64,000 bases of DNA from Nannocystales bacterium (GTDB lineage Bacteria > Myxococcota_A > Polyangia > Nannocystales > Nannocystaceae), in NCBI GenBank assembly GCA_050633305.1, contig JBOEGF010000032.1, positions 96,001-160,000 on the forward strand. The letters are read 5' to 3'. The translations under genes were made by a program, and so were the position numbers. This document shows positions 1 to 9,717 of the stretch, in pieces; within the stretch, counting starts at the first letter, position 1; every line of letters begins with the position of its first letter. The notes under the pieces are model-generated. The model was not told where the DNA came from and ran no database searches. It was given only the letters and a program-made list of their open reading frames with translations.

Positions 1-1096
1 GCGCGACGACGATTCGGGCCGGGCGATCACCGCTGCGCTGGCCGACCGCGCACGAGCCGGAGTTCAAGTTCGCGTGTTGGTGGACCAGCTGGGCAGCTGG
101 GGGCTCGACCGAGACCACTTCGGCGCATTGCTCGACGCTGGCGGCGAGGTCTCGGTGTTCGGGCCTGTGCGAGTCCCGATTCGCTTTGGCCGCTCTCGCG
201 TCAACTTCCGCAACCACCGGAAGATCCTGACCGTCGACGGGTCCACCGGTTTCGTCGGTGGGCTCAACGTGGGAGACAAGTACTTCGGAAGCGGGTCCGA
301 GGCGGACGGATGGCGTGATCTATTCGTTCAGCTTCACGGCGACGCCGTGCTCGGGCTCGAGGCCACGTTCCTCGACGACTGGCTGGTCACCACCGGGCAG
401 GTCGTCGACCTTCAAGGGAAGCGACCCGAAGGAACGCAAGCCTTGGACGCTCGGGAACAGCTGGGCCAGTCCCCGCCGCGCAAGATCCTTGAAGAGGCCA
501 ACCCGTTTCGGAAGACCGAAGCCCGCCCGATCCGCTCCGAGGGGCCCCTGACCCAGGTGATCCCCAGTGGCCCCGACCTCCCGGTCACCGGAGCGATCGC
601 GGCCCAGTTTTCCGCAGCCATCGCGGCGGCCCACCAACGGGCCTTCATCGCGACACCGTACTTCGTCCCCGACGAGCCTCTGATGCTGATCCTTCGCACC
701 GCGGCACTGCGCGGCGTCGACGTTCGCATCCTCGTGCCCAGCCCGGACAAGAACGACAGCCGGTTGGTGGCCTACGCGTCGCGGAGCTATTACGACGAGT
801 TGTTGCAGGTCGGTTGCCGCATCTTCGAGTACGACGCCGGCATGTTGCACGCCAAGTACCTCATCGCAGACGATGTCTGCGCGATCGGGTCGGCGAACAT
901 GGATGTGCGTAGCTTCCACATCAACTACGAGATCACGGCGATGTTCTACGACGCCAAGGTGACCGCGGACCTCGTCTCCGTCTACGAAGCGGATCTCACA
1001 GAGTCCACCGAGGTCCATCGTCGGGACCGGACCGAACCGAGCATCTGGGTCCAACTCCGCGAGAACTCCGCCCGGGTGCTTTCCCCGCTCCTGTAG
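1..1096 (+). CDS. cls: Cardiolipin synthase (phospholipase D family), 5'-truncated by the window edge
   Basis: Two HKD motifs (NHRKILTVD, LHAKYLIADD) plus IATPYFVP and GSANMDVRS. The frame is open back to base 2 (RDDDSGRAITAALADRARAGVQVRVLVD). Confidence 0.9.
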   Translation, partial: RDDDSGRAITAALADRARAGVQVRVLVDQLGSWGLDRDHFGALLDAGGEVSVFGPVRVPIRFGRSRVNFRNHRKILTVDGSTGFVGGLNVGDKYFGSGSEADGWRDLFVQLHGDAVLGLEATFLDDWLVTTGQVVDLQGKRPEGTQALDAREQLGQSPPRKILEEANPFRKTEARPIRSEGPLTQVIPSGPDLPVTGAIAAQFSAAIAAAHQRAFIATPYFVPDEPLMLILRTAALRGVDVRILVPSPDKNDSRLVAYASRSYYDELLQVGCRIFEYDAGMLHAKYLIADDVCAIGSANMDVRSFHINYEITAMFYDAKVTADLVSVYEADLTESTEVHRRDRTEPSIWVQLRENSARVLSPLL

Positions 1097-1098
1097 CC

Positions 1099-1653
1099 GT
1101 GCCCCGTTTTCCTTACTACGCGCGGCTGCGGCCCAAGCGGCAAGCGATCTACCGGAGGTCGGACGCGATCACCGAGGTCCCGCTGGGACCGCTCGCCGAC
1201 GAGCCCAAGACGGAAGCGATGCTGCGCGGCATCGAGGAGGGACTTACCCAAGATGACCGTCGCGGCGTGCAGCGAGAGACGGCCGCTCTCGTCCGGCACC
1301 TGTGCGATGAGCTCGAGGTCCCGCGCGTCGTGTTGCGGGTGTTGGCTCGCCGTCCGAGCGACGCCACGGCGGAGCTTCACGGACTGTACGAACGCGAGGA
1401 GGGCAAGCGCCCGATCATTCGAGTCTGGATGCGAACCGCGGCCCACGAGCGACCCGTCGCGTACCGGACCTTCGTCCGAGTGGCCATGCACGAGTTGTGT
1501 CACCACCTCGACTACGACAAGTACGCGCTCGACGACTCGATGCACACGCACGGGTTCTTCGCACGAGAGTCCTCGCTGGTCCGGCAGTTGCTCGGCGCCC
1601 CAGTCCCCGTGGAGGCTGAGGACGACCCTCAGCTCGGCTTGTTCGACGTCTGA
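1099..1653 (+). CDS. Zincin-like (SprT-like) HExxH protein
   Basis: HELCHH followed by a downstream His in HTHGFF. Starts 2 nt after the cls stop. Confidence 0.65.
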   Translation: MPRFPYYARLRPKRQAIYRRSDAITEVPLGPLADEPKTEAMLRGIEEGLTQDDRRGVQRETAALVRHLCDELEVPRVVLRVLARRPSDATAELHGLYEREEGKRPIIRVWMRTAAHERPVAYRTFVRVAMHELCHHLDYDKYALDDSMHTHGFFARESSLVRQLLGAPVPVEAEDDPQLGLFDV

Positions 1654-2057
1654 CCGGGGGCCGGTCGAAGGACTGCCGCGGCGAGCAACGAGCTGAGCAT
1701 CAGCAAAGCGCCCGCAGGGACCAGCAGCACGACGGGACCGGGGTCGGTCGGCCCATGCCATACGGCCCCGCCCACGAAGCCGAACCCGACGAGCAGAGTT
1801 CCCAACCATGCCGCCAGCCGGATGCGTTTTGCCCACCCGGGGGGGGTCGCCAGGTGCTGCAACGCCCAGGCCAGAGCCACGTTGACCAACGCGAGCAGGC
1901 CTCCGTGCGCGTGCCCAAGGCGGAGGAACTCGCGCCGCAGCGCATCGTCGACGAGCGCGGGGACCCTCAGCCCCAGCATCACTTCCAGCCCCATCCCCAT
2001 CCCCAAGAACAGGGCGAGGCTCCACAGCGACGCCCGCAGGTGGGTCGAGGGGGACAT
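1629..2057 (-). CDS. Small four-helix integral membrane protein with an HAHG motif
   Basis: Four hydrophobic segments and the sequence LRLGHAHGGLL. Lies 17 nt downstream of the multihaem cytochrome gene. Confidence 0.65.
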   Translation of the reverse strand: MSPSTHLRASLWSLALFLGMGMGLEVMLGLRVPALVDDALRREFLRLGHAHGGLLALVNVALAWALQHLATPPGWAKRIRLAAWLGTLLVGFGFVGGAVWHGPTDPGPVVLLVPAGALLMLSSLLAAAVLRPAPGQTSNKPS

Positions 2058-2074
2058 CCGCGGAGTCTACCGTG

Positions 2075-3877
2075 TCATTCACCGATGGCGATCGCGACGT
2101 CGTCACGTTGACCAAGCAGCTGCAGCCACAGCTCAGACTGTGAAGCCACAACACTGGGGCCGAGCGTACGACGAAGCTCGTCCACCACCTCGATGCGCTC
2201 GGCCGCGTCCGCCATGAAGTCGTAGCGCCGCAGCGCCGCCTGCATCTCGCTCGTCCTGGCCATCGCGAGCAGACCTTGGTGCCCAAACCACCGCACTGCG
2301 GGGTAGTCGTCCTCGAGAGCATCCACCAGCGCCTGCATCCGTCGGGCACGAGACCCCACCGCCTCGGGGCGCGCGAGGGCATGAGCCGCCAGAGCGCGTT
2401 GGACCGGGTCGCCGCCGACGAGGTCCCGCTCCACCCGAGAGACATCAGACTCGGCAGACTCCGCAGACTCCGCAGACTCCGCGGCCAGCGTCCCCTGCAA
2501 CCCCAGCGAGGAAACCGAAGCCGCAGCCCAGCTCCGAGTCTGATCCACGTGGCACTGCGTACACGCATCGGGCATGTCATCGCGCCCCACCAGCGCCCCG
2601 GGGTCGGGCGAGGTGACCCGGTGGCTGATCATTCCTCGCAACAAGCCGTAGGTGACGCGGGGCATGTGGCAGTCCTGACATCCGACCGTCTCGTGCCCGC
2701 CGTGCCCGGCCAACGACGCGGGGTCGTGGCACGAACCCAGGCACGCCGCGTCGGTGTCCGCGCCCGCGCGAAGCTGCATCGACGGTTCTTCGCCGTGCAT
2801 CGTGTGACAGGTCCCGCACGACATCCCCTGCCCCTCGTCGTAACAAGGCGAGAGCAGCAGGCCTTGGTACTCGTACGCCGAGAGTCGGGGCGTTCCGTCA
2901 CGCCAAAACCGAGGTGCAAACGGGCGAGCGCCTGGTGGGTCGGAGGCGAGTCGACCCTCGGCCAGGATCGGGCGCGAAACCTCGCGCAACGGCATCCCGG
3001 GGATGAATCCGTCTCCGTGCGCCAACACCTCCGAGAGGTCCTTGCCGATGCGTTGCCCGTGACACCGTCCGCAGACTTCGCTGTGCCGATCGGGCGCGAG
3101 CCGCCCCGGATGGGTCACCGCTTGATCCCCCGGCTCACCAACCCCCGCCAGCACCCGGCGTAGCGGGTTGGATTGCCGAGCGAGGTGGGCCTGGGCCGGT
3201 CCGTGGCACGCCTCGCAGCCGATCCCCACCTCGCCCATCGTGGTGTCGAACGTACCGTCGTCACCCAACCCGGGCACCGGCTCGGTGTTGTGGCAGAACA
3301 CGCAGTTGTCGTTCCATCGGCTGAAATGCCGCAAGTAGGCCTGCGTATCCCCTTCGGCCAGATCGGGAAAGAGAAATGCCCCGCCGAGATGAATCCATCG
3401 TTGCGCTTGTGGGTGCCACGCAAACGGAAGCCGCCAACGTTCCAAGGCACCACCGCCACGGTCGAGTCGTGCGACGTATTGTTGGTAGCGATGCGTGCCG
3501 ACGGTCAGCTCGACATCGGTATCGAGGACCTCACGCCCATCCGATTCTCGGACAACCGACACATGCGGTCGCCCGGATGCGGCCGTGCTGAAGGTCGCAA
3601 CGAACCCTGCGACACGAAGCGTTTCCCCACCGAACGGTGCGAGGACGATCGCCTCATCCGCCGACACCGACTGCGTCATGGTGCGGTGATAGCTCGCGTG
3701 CCACGACGCATGCTGCTCGGGATGACACCGGCGGCATTGTTCGCTGCCCACCACCTCGCCGCGGGACTCGACGACGGACCATGCATCGTCATCGGCGAGC
3801 GTGGCTGCGACACCGATCGTGGCCGCCACGGTCCAAGCCAACGCGGGGCCGAACAGCAGCGCGGAGTCTGCTCTCAT
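2075..3877 (-). CDS. Exported multihaem c-type cytochrome (7 CxxCH + 1 CxxxCH) with a HEAT-like C-terminus
   Basis: CRRCH, CVFCH, CEACH, CGRCH, CGTCH, CQDCH, CTQCH and CLGSCH, with an N-terminal hydrophobic signal or anchor. Confidence 0.88.
   Translation of the reverse strand: MRADSALLFGPALAWTVAATIGVAATLADDDAWSVVESRGEVVGSEQCRRCHPEQHASWHASYHRTMTQSVSADEAIVLAPFGGETLRVAGFVATFSTAASGRPHVSVVRESDGREVLDTDVELTVGTHRYQQYVARLDRGGGALERWRLPFAWHPQAQRWIHLGGAFLFPDLAEGDTQAYLRHFSRWNDNCVFCHNTEPVPGLGDDGTFDTTMGEVGIGCEACHGPAQAHLARQSNPLRRVLAGVGEPGDQAVTHPGRLAPDRHSEVCGRCHGQRIGKDLSEVLAHGDGFIPGMPLREVSRPILAEGRLASDPPGARPFAPRFWRDGTPRLSAYEYQGLLLSPCYDEGQGMSCGTCHTMHGEEPSMQLRAGADTDAACLGSCHDPASLAGHGGHETVGCQDCHMPRVTYGLLRGMISHRVTSPDPGALVGRDDMPDACTQCHVDQTRSWAAASVSSLGLQGTLAAESAESAESAESDVSRVERDLVGGDPVQRALAAHALARPEAVGSRARRMQALVDALEDDYPAVRWFGHQGLLAMARTSEMQAALRRYDFMADAAERIEVVDELRRTLGPSVVASQSELWLQLLGQRDDVAIAIGE
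2445..2480. repeat. In-frame 9-bp tandem repeat (GCAGACTCC x3 plus one variant) encoding AES repeats
   Basis: tcagactcg-gcagactcc-gcagactcc-gcagactcc. Confidence 0.85.
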
Positions 3878-5106
3878 CCCGGCAGCGTCCGAAGTGCGAT
3901 CTCTTGGTCGTAGAGCTTGAGCGTCGCAGCCCCCGCATCATTGCGCAGCGGCACCGGCACGCCCGGCGTCAGCTGGCGGCCCATGTACTGGCTTCCGTTC
4001 TGACTCTTCAGGTCGGCGACCCAGATCCGGCCCCGGTGCATGAAGATGCACGAGTGCAGTCGACTCATTCGCGGTGAGGGCACGATGAACTGACAGGCCT
4101 CGTGGCGCCCGAGCACCACGGGTCCACGCCGAATGTCGAACGTTTGCGGCGGGTGCCCGGCCAAGCACAACTCGACACGAGGGTGCATCAGCGGATCGAA
4201 GAGCATCTTGGCCTGCACCGGGGGCTCCCAGATTCCGTCGCGTCCGGCCGCCGTGTGGAACGCTTCGGCCATCTCCACCCCCGAGCTGAAGCGGTCCGAG
4301 GGGTTCTTGGCCATGGCGCGCCGCATGAACGCGTCAAGCGATGCAGCCCCATGAAAGCCTCGATCACCGCCGCCGCCGGAGCTCTCGATCGTCGAGCCGC
4401 GCCGAGGCGCGCGCACGGGGATCTGAAGTGGAGGGATTTCGGCCTCCATGTGTTGCTGCAACAACTCGGGCAAGCTTCGCCCGTCGTACGGCAGCCGGCC
4501 GGTGAGCAACTCGAAAGCGATCACGGCCAACGCGTACCGATCGGTCGCCGGGCCGACGTGTTTCGTATCTCGAAACTGCTCGGGGCTCATGTAATGAGGC
4601 GTCCCGAACACAGAGCCGGTCGCCGTCGCCGCTTCGTGGGCGAGCCACTTCGCGATCCCCAAGTCGATGATGACGGGCTCCCAACTTCCGCCCCCTGGGC
4701 GGAGCAAGACGTTGTCGGGCTTGAGGTCTCGATGCACCACGCCCAGTCCGTGCAGCTCGTCCAGCGCCTTTCCGACGCCGTCGATGAGCCGATGCACGCC
4801 CCATCCATCACCCTCCGAAATCGCGGTGGCGGGATTGACCCCGTCGACGAACTCCATCGTCATCCACGTCCGCCCGAAGTCGTCGCTGCCGAAGTCCTCG
4901 ACCTTGATCACGCCGTCGAACTCGGCGCCCGCCATCCGCTTCGCCTCGAGCTGAAATCGGGCACTAGCCTCGCTTCCCGTGTGAACCTCAGCCCGAAGCC
5001 ATTTGACGACGACGAGCCGTCTCGCGAAGACGTCGACACACAGGTGCACGTCCCCGACCGCCCCCTCGCCGAGCGGTCGGACCTTTCGGTGGGGGCATCC
5101 CGGCAC
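3874..5106 (-). CDS. Hanks-type Ser/Thr protein kinase with a C-terminal FHA domain
   Basis: Kinase motifs LGEGAVG, VVVK, HRDLKPDN, DLG and GTPHYMSPE. FHA motifs LGR...SRLH...DLKSQNG. Confidence 0.9.
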   Translation of the reverse strand: MPGCPHRKVRPLGEGAVGDVHLCVDVFARRLVVVKWLRAEVHTGSEASARFQLEAKRMAGAEFDGVIKVEDFGSDDFGRTWMTMEFVDGVNPATAISEGDGWGVHRLIDGVGKALDELHGLGVVHRDLKPDNVLLRPGGGSWEPVIIDLGIAKWLAHEAATATGSVFGTPHYMSPEQFRDTKHVGPATDRYALAVIAFELLTGRLPYDGRSLPELLQQHMEAEIPPLQIPVRAPRRGSTIESSGGGGDRGFHGAASLDAFMRRAMAKNPSDRFSSGVEMAEAFHTAAGRDGIWEPPVQAKMLFDPLMHPRVELCLAGHPPQTFDIRRGPVVLGRHEACQFIVPSPRMSRLHSCIFMHRGRIWVADLKSQNGSQYMGRQLTPGVPVPLRNDAGAATLKLYDQEIALRTLPG

Positions 5107-5207
5107 GGTGTCAGACTACCAAGACCTCCGCCGAAACGGAGGTCTGCATTGGGCTCCTTCGACGCAGCGGGGCTCGCGCGCCCCTCGTGCGTCTTGGGAG
5201 CCGCGAC

Positions 5208-6950
5208 CTACAGGCCGAGGGTCACTTCGGTGTAGGGCTCGGCCACGAAGGTGGCCGTCTTGTCGCCGTAGGTCATCTCGAAGAAGCCAGGGTTCTTCAG
5301 GGTGACCTTCTTGGTGTCGCCTGGAGCCACCTTCGCCCGCTTCTTCCAGGACCGCCCGACCATCTCGACAGCGAGCTCCGCACCGCCCTGGTTGGTGATC
5401 ACGATGATCGCCTTGGGCTCTCCGAAGAACTTGACCGGGAAGGTGTAGAAGCCCTTGATCTTCTTCTCCAGGGACTCGAGCTCATCCTCGATCCCGGGTG
5501 CCCGGTAGGGGTATCCCGCACCCAAGCCTTCAAGCTGCTGGCGAGACCAATCGAGCTCGGACAGCGCCTCCGCAGCCCGGACCACGGTGCCGCCGGGGTA
5601 CTTGACCAACCCCGCCTTGCGCAGCGCCGACTTCTCTTTCTTGTACAGCGATGGCTCCTTCGCAGCGAGATACGCCGCAATGGCCACGTGAACCTCCGGG
5701 AGGTCCTTTCCGTTGCGCTTCGCCAGATCGAGCTCGGTCTTCGCCGCATCGAGCTTGCCACCGTTGACGTAGTCGATGGCCCGCAGCGCAGCGAGGATCG
5801 CGGTGACCTCTTTGTGCCCTTTTGCCGAGGTCTCGACCTTCGCAAGCTTTGCCCGTGCGTCTGTAAGCTTGCGCTTCCCGGCGAGCAACAGCACCTCTTG
5901 GAGCTGCAGGGACGACTTGCCCGGCCGCATTCCGAGGGCCTCCTTGATGTCCGCATCAGCACCCGCGGTGTCGCCTTTGCCCAGCCGGATCTTTGCCCGC
6001 GTGGCGTAGATCGTGGCGACTTGGTCACGGATCTGGTCGAGCCGCTCGGGGGTCAGCTTGAGCTTGCCGCCCGCGGCCGCATCGACGATCGCCATCAAGC
6101 GCGCGAGGGCCTGGTCGGGCTTGCCCTGCCGGTTGAACTCCATCGCCACCTCCATGGCCAGTCCAACCTGCTCTTCGGGCTCAACGCCGACCGGTGCGAG
6201 GTCGAGCAGCTCGTCCGCCAGCGGCACGTCCCCTTGCTCGAGTGCGAGCAGGACAACGGCACGCCGCATCTCGAGATACTGGCGGCGGTTCTCGAGGTCG
6301 TTCTGCATGACGAGCTCGGTCGCGGACTTGAGACCTTTTGCGGAACCCGCGAGGTCCTTCTGTGCGTACCGAGCTCGGACCACCGCGAGCCAGATCGCCG
6401 CGTCAGGAATGATCTCCAGCGCCTTGCCGTAGTCGACTTCGGCCTCTGCCCAGCGGCTCTCCTGCATGAACGCGTCACCCCGCCCGATCAGGAGCACGGC
6501 GGTTTGGCGGTGACAGTTGCGACAGTCGGCCTCTTTGTAGCCGCGCTCCGCGACCTCGAGTGCCTCGGCGAACTTGTAGAGGTCCTGCAGCGCACCGACG
6601 AGACCGGAGTATGCGTCCGCGCTCTTCGGGTCGAGCTCGACGGCCTTGCGAAAGTACTTCTCCGCATTGATCGCCTTGCCCGATTTGTCGGCGGTCTTGC
6701 CGAGCTCGAGGTAGATGTCGCGAAGCTCTTCGGTCGCGAGGTCCCCGAGATCGGCGTCGTTCATCGCCTCGCGATACTTCGCGTCGGCGTTGTCGAGGTC
6801 CCCCTCGCCATCAGCCCACGCAAGTCGGGCGTCATCCAGCGGCGTCGAGCAACCGGCGGTGCCTCCCAAGGCGGTGATCAGAGCAGCGCCCGCGACCCAC
6901 CGAAGCAGGGGGGTCAGGCGTCCAACAGTGCGTAGCGGTGTCCGTTCCAT
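5208..6950 (-). CDS. TPR-repeat lipoprotein
   Basis: Signal peptide ending TAGC, TPR-like helices (AEKYFRKAVELDPKSADAY) and strongly biased codon usage. Confidence 0.75.
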   Translation of the reverse strand: MERTPLRTVGRLTPLLRWVAGAALITALGGTAGCSTPLDDARLAWADGEGDLDNADAKYREAMNDADLGDLATEELRDIYLELGKTADKSGKAINAEKYFRKAVELDPKSADAYSGLVGALQDLYKFAEALEVAERGYKEADCRNCHRQTAVLLIGRGDAFMQESRWAEAEVDYGKALEIIPDAAIWLAVVRARYAQKDLAGSAKGLKSATELVMQNDLENRRQYLEMRRAVVLLALEQGDVPLADELLDLAPVGVEPEEQVGLAMEVAMEFNRQGKPDQALARLMAIVDAAAGGKLKLTPERLDQIRDQVATIYATRAKIRLGKGDTAGADADIKEALGMRPGKSSLQLQEVLLLAGKRKLTDARAKLAKVETSAKGHKEVTAILAALRAIDYVNGGKLDAAKTELDLAKRNGKDLPEVHVAIAAYLAAKEPSLYKKEKSALRKAGLVKYPGGTVVRAAEALSELDWSRQQLEGLGAGYPYRAPGIEDELESLEKKIKGFYTFPVKFFGEPKAIIVITNQGGAELAVEMVGRSWKKRAKVAPGDTKKVTLKNPGFFEMTYGDKTATFVAEPYTEVTLGL

Positions 6951-7789
6951 TCGTACAGTTCGCGGGTGAAGCCGGAAGAAGAGACGTCGTATACCGAGAA
7001 AGCGGCCGCACGTCCCGGTTTTTGGAGCTTGGACGTACCCGAAGCGATCCCGTGTACGGGTACCGCGCCGGCCGGCCCGGCGAGCTCGGTGTCGGTGCGC
7101 ACATGCTCATGGCCATGCAGGATCAGCTCGGCCCCGGCAGCCGCGATCACCTCCGCGAACGCGGAGCGGTCCGTGAGTGCGTGCTTGGGCTTCGACAGCC
7201 CATCGACCGGCGGATGGTGCACCAAGACAACCCGCGCGAGCCCTTCCTCACCCAGGCTTTGGAGGATCCGGCGCAGACGGGCCAGCTGCTTCGCCCCACA
7301 CTGCCCTGTGGCATCGAACGGCGGGGTTGCGACGGCACTCGAGACCCCGATCAACGCCACATCGTCAAAGCGCTGAACGAAGGGATAATCGCCGGACTCA
7401 CGCTCCCCCTCCATGTAGGGCTGCATGTAGCGCTCAAACCGCTTCTCCCGCTCGCTACCCCGCGTGTAGGTGTCGTGGTTGCCGGGGATGACCGTCACCG
7501 GGACCGGGATCCTCTCGAACTTCTCGACGCACAGCTCGAACTCCGCCTCCAGGGCGAGGTTGGTCAGGTCGCCTGTCACGACAAACCGGTCGAGCCCCAG
7601 CTCCCCGGACTGCTCGACGATGTGGTCGAAGAGCGCCTGGTCGTGCTTCTTTCCGCGGTGCAGCGCGAGGTTGAGCCGCCCCGTGAGTCGCTTGCCCACG
7701 TAGCGCCACGGCATCACGCCGTCGAGACGAAGGAGGTGAATGTCGGAGGTGTGGAGGAACCGCAGCATGAACCGGCCGGGGTCGTTCAT
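6914..7789 (-). CDS. Calcineurin-like metallophosphoesterase
   Basis: SDIH, TGDLT, PGNHD, HHPP and LHGHEH motifs. Confidence 0.9.
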   Translation of the reverse strand: MNDPGRFMLRFLHTSDIHLLRLDGVMPWRYVGKRLTGRLNLALHRGKKHDQALFDHIVEQSGELGLDRFVVTGDLTNLALEAEFELCVEKFERIPVPVTVIPGNHDTYTRGSEREKRFERYMQPYMEGERESGDYPFVQRFDDVALIGVSSAVATPPFDATGQCGAKQLARLRRILQSLGEEGLARVVLVHHPPVDGLSKPKHALTDRSAFAEVIAAAGAELILHGHEHVRTDTELAGPAGAVPVHGIASGTSKLQKPGRAAAFSVYDVSSSGFTRELYEWNGHRYALLDA

Positions 7790-7911
7790 ATCAGACCCGG
7801 CGGGTCCGCTTCTCCTTGAGTTGCATCACACGCGCATCTGCAGGTCGGAAACGACGAAACCGAGCCCGCGGGGTGCTGCGTCCCGCGAGCGGGTGGCATA
7901 CGCTCCGCGTC

Positions 7912-9717
7912 ATGTCCTTGCTCGAAGTCGGCCGCACACACACGTGTGGTGAGCTGCGCCGCGACCACGCTGGTGCTTCCGTCGTTCTCTTCGGATGGGT
8001 GCATCGCCGTCGCGATCTCGGCGCCCGCATCTTCATCCAGCTTCGCGACCGCGATGGCGTCACCCAGCTCGACTTTGCGGCCGAGCTTGGCGAAGAGGCC
8101 TACAAGCTTGGCGAGTCGCTCCGTAGCGAAGACTGCATCGCGATTCGCGGCAAGGTGACCGACCGGGGCGAAAACGCCAACACCGAGATGGCCACCGGGG
8201 AGATCGAAGTCAAGGTCAGCGAGGTCGAGGTCTTCTCCAAGTCCAAGACCCCGCCCTTCGTGGTCGCCGATGACGACCGCCTCGACGCCACCGAGAACCT
8301 GCGCCTGCAGTACCGCTACCTGGACCTGCGTCGTCCGGTGATGCAGCGCAACTTCCGGGTTCGCTCGCAGATCGGCTACTACACCCGCAAGCTGCTGACC
8401 GAGGCTGGCTTCTACGAGCTGGAGACCCCGGCAATGGTGAAATACACGCCCGGTGGAGCCCGCAACTTCCTGGTTCCCAGCCGGATCCACCCCGGGCAGT
8501 TCTACGCACTCGCCGAGTCGCCGCAGATCTACAAACAGCTCTTCATGGTCTCGGGGTTCGACAAGTACTTCCAGATCACCCGCTGCTTCCGGGACGAAGA
8601 CCTCCGCAACGATCGCCAGCCGGAGTTCACCCAGATCGACGTGGAGATGAGTTTTGCGACGCCTGAGCGGATCTTCGAGCCCATGACCGCGCTGATGCGG
8701 ACACTATGGAAAGAGGTCTTGGACGTCGAGTTGCCCGAGACGTTTCCCCGCATGAGCTGGGACGAAGCGATGGCGCGCTACGGATCGGACAAGCCGGACG
8801 TCCGCTTCGGCCTCGAACTCCAAGGCGTGACCGAGCTGGTGCGCGACAGCGGGTTCAAGGTGTTCGACGGCGCCGAGTGTGTCAGCGGCCTGTGCGTCCC
8901 CGCCGACAAAGCGGGAAGCCTGTCCCGCGGGGCCATCGACAAACTCACCGACTTCGTCAAGCAGCGAGAGAGCGGCGGCGCAAAGGGACTCGCCTGGACC
9001 CGCATCGGCGAGGACGGGAGCTGGAGCGGAGCGGTCGGCAAGAACGTCAAGCCCGAGGTCCAGAAGGCCGTTGCCGAGGCGATGGGCGCGAGCCCCGGCT
9101 GCGTCCTGCTCTTCATCGCCGACGAGTGGCACACCACCCACACGGTGCTCTGCAACCTTCGCCTCAGGCTGCGCGACCAACTCGACCTGCTCGCGGGCAA
9201 CGACAAGCCCTGGCAGTTCCTTTGGATCACCGACTTCCCCATGTTCGAAAAGAACGAAGCGGGACAGTTCGTCGCGGCGCACCACCCGTTCACGTCGCCA
9301 CATGATGAGCATGTCGACATCCTCGTGAGCGACCCGGGTGCGGTGCGAGCCAAGGCGTATGACCTCGTGCTCAACGGCAACGAGATCGGCGGAGGCTCGA
9401 TCCGGATCCACCGCAGCGACGTACAAGCCAAGGTCTTCACCGCGCTGGGGCTCACGGACGAAGAGGCTCAGTTCAAGTTCGGGTTCCTGCTCGAAGCATT
9501 CAAGTACGGTCCTCCACCCCACGGAGGCATCGCGCTCGGCCTGGACCGTGTCGCCATGTTGATGACGGGCGCAGAGAGTCTTCGTGACGTGATCGCGTTC
9601 CCAAAAACGCAACGGGGCCAGGACCTCATGACCGGCGCCCCCACGATCGCCGACGAACCCCAACTCGCCGACCTGTACCTCACGCACCGCGACATCCCGG
9701 TCAAAGACAACAGCTAG
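7912..9717 (+). CDS. aspS: Aspartate--tRNA ligase
   Basis: RTHTCGELR, RRRDLG, LQYRYLDLRR, CFRDEDLRNDRQPEFTQID and PPHGGIALGLDR. Start placed at ATG 7912. Confidence 0.97.
   Translation: MSLLEVGRTHTCGELRRDHAGASVVLFGWVHRRRDLGARIFIQLRDRDGVTQLDFAAELGEEAYKLGESLRSEDCIAIRGKVTDRGENANTEMATGEIEVKVSEVEVFSKSKTPPFVVADDDRLDATENLRLQYRYLDLRRPVMQRNFRVRSQIGYYTRKLLTEAGFYELETPAMVKYTPGGARNFLVPSRIHPGQFYALAESPQIYKQLFMVSGFDKYFQITRCFRDEDLRNDRQPEFTQIDVEMSFATPERIFEPMTALMRTLWKEVLDVELPETFPRMSWDEAMARYGSDKPDVRFGLELQGVTELVRDSGFKVFDGAECVSGLCVPADKAGSLSRGAIDKLTDFVKQRESGGAKGLAWTRIGEDGSWSGAVGKNVKPEVQKAVAEAMGASPGCVLLFIADEWHTTHTVLCNLRLRLRDQLDLLAGNDKPWQFLWITDFPMFEKNEAGQFVAAHHPFTSPHDEHVDILVSDPGAVRAKAYDLVLNGNEIGGGSIRIHRSDVQAKVFTALGLTDEEAQFKFGFLLEAFKYGPPPHGGIALGLDRVAMLMTGAESLRDVIAFPKTQRGQDLMTGAPTIADEPQLADLYLTHRDIPVKDNS

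Noticed and set aside
1839..1846. G8 run inside the small membrane protein gene as a phase-variation tract
   Set aside because: The run is short and in frame (Thr-Pro-Pro), and is unremarkable at this GC content.
8430..8545. AspRS motif variants (TPGGARNF, LAESPQ in place of TPEGARDF, LPQSPQ)
   Set aside because: They look like lineage-level variation. Motifs 2 and 3 are intact, so there is no evidence of altered function.
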